A stretch of 57,119 bases of DNA from a virus. Its lineage: Duplodnaviria > Caudoviricetes. The translations under genes were made by a program, and so were the position numbers. Position 1 is the stretch's first letter; each line of letters opens with the position of its first letter. Location of the stretch: positions 1 to 57,119 of the IMG/VR virus record IMGVR_UViG_3300046025_000059; one strand, 5' to 3'. Under the pieces are notes generated by a model that had not been told where the DNA came from, did not search any database, and worked only from the letters and a program-made list of their open reading frames with translations. Shown one piece after another: positions 56,240-57,119 of this stretch.

Positions 56240-56803
56240 GGATCTGATGGAAAACGCGAGGCGAGTTCTCTACTGACCGAAGCTCAGCGAGAATACCTAC
56301 GGACAGGGGGTAATATTGATAAAGGATCTGCCCACGAACGAGCGATGAGATCGCGGATTCGGAAGCGCGTTTTCGCCGGAGTCCACGACCTCGCGCTTTT
56401 GTTTGATGAACTTGACGAAGAGGATTATGAGCAAGTGATGTCCGATATTGGGGTCTCAGAACCAACAGATATGTGGGATTCAGATATGTCTATCACCCCT
56501 TCAGACCCACTCTTACGGGCACTGGGTTTCTTTTTCAAAATCTGCCAGACTGAAGACAACTTCCGAATTTTGACAAAGAATAGCATCCAAGAAGTCTTAG
56601 ATCAACGCGGTCGGAGGTATGATCTAAACACATCAATTGAAATTGAGTATGTGAAAAAACGGGACTCTGATAAGCTTAGGAGTCAGTTTGAACAAGGTAA
56701 CATTACATTCAGAGAGATTGGGGAGTATTTCCGAGAGGGGGCATTGACAATAGACGAGTTCATTCAACTCTCCCATGAGTTGCAATCAGACGATGAGAAT
56801 TAG
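56237..56803 (+). CDS. Putative regulator typical of haloarchaeal mobile elements
   Basis: LLTEAQREYL...RSRIRKRV....DLALL; clearly AT-richer than neighbours. Confidence 0.75.
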   Translation: MGSDGKREASSLLTEAQREYLRTGGNIDKGSAHERAMRSRIRKRVFAGVHDLALLFDELDEEDYEQVMSDIGVSEPTDMWDSDMSITPSDPLLRALGFFFKICQTEDNFRILTKNSIQEVLDQRGRRYDLNTSIEIEYVKKRDSDKLRSQFEQGNITFREIGEYFREGALTIDEFIQLSHELQSDDEN

Positions 56804-56935
56804 CTACTTCCCGATTCCTTCTCACCAGTGAACCACACCAGCGACTTTGCGATCTTCTTGCGGTTGATACGTCTTTCGTCTTCGAGCTTTCGAAGTCGAT
56901 AGTCCGCACCATGTCGGATGATCGTCGAACCGATA
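56800..56935 (-). pseudogene. C-terminal fragment of a winged-HTH gene
   Basis: GADYRLRKLEDERRINRKKIAKSLVWF resembles a recognition helix plus wing; no credible 5' part. Confidence 0.5.
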
Positions 56936-56963
56936 CAAATCGACGTTAGTGTCCCCTCCGGCC

Positions 56964-57119
56964 ATGCCTCACAGCAACACCCGCGCCGACAACACGACCT
57001 ACGATGCCGAGAAGGCCGACGACAGCCCCGCGAGCACCGGCCACGCGACCGACGTCCATGACTTCTACTCAACGGCGTACCGCGACCGCGATGGGCTGAT
57101 CGAAGATTTCAATCGCCCC
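56964..57119 (+). CDS. Partial ORF running off the window (probably structural)
   Basis: MPHSNTRAD...GLIEDFNRP, open to the window end. Confidence 0.55.
   Translation, partial: MPHSNTRADNTTYDAEKADDSPASTGHATDVHDFYSTAYRDRDGLIEDFNRP

Larger units (their letters stand above)
1..57119 (+). mobile_element. Haloarchaeal tailed virus/provirus (Caudoviricetes, siphovirus-like), partial
   Basis: Colinear TerS-TerL-portal-MuF-protease-MCP-head/tail-tail tube-chaperone-TMP-tail tip genes; D/E-rich proteome; GGTGA/GGAGG SD motifs and overlapping start/stop codons; no sheath gene; no att site or integrase in window. Confidence 0.95.

Noticed and set aside
1-57119. CRISPR array
   Set aside because: No regularly spaced direct repeats with unique spacers. 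The repeats are dispersed at gene junctions.
1-57119. Integrase, att sites, transposase or tnpB gene
   Set aside because: No tyrosine/serine recombinase, HUH or RuvC motifs were recognised, so provirus versus free virus cannot be decided.

Overview
A 57-kb segment of a high-GC tailed virus or provirus of haloarchaea, with siphovirus-type organisation and very acidic proteins. Almost all genes are on the + strand. About 1-11.5 kb is an early/accessory region: a C5 DNA methyltransferase, a Dam-like adenine MTase, a truncated N6 MTase, a PriL-fusion protein and many small Zn-finger ORFs. About 11.8-16.1 kb holds an intronless tRNA-Trp, small membrane proteins and an HTH-metallophosphoesterase. 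About 16.2-27.7 kb holds TerS, TerL, portal, MuF-like head protein, protease/scaffold, capsid and head-tail genes. About 27.8-35.7 kb is an extra block of fibre/lectin-like genes plus one inverted, IR-flanked regulator. About 36.7-43 kb holds the tail tube, a -1 frameshift chaperone and the tape measure protein. About 43-56 kb holds tail-tip genes and three beta-helix spike-like proteins. No integrase, transposase, tnpB, reverse transcriptase or CRISPR array is visible. Three unexplained patterns stand out. (1) Recurrent in-frame left and right boundary motifs bracket accessory early genes like exchangeable cassettes. (2) At least a dozen short remnants resembling IS200/IS605 ends occur, and most supply the stop codon of a viral gene. 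(3) One regulator family occurs twice, split and fused, each with its own operator-flanked promoter. All calls come from reading motifs by eye; no database searches were run.
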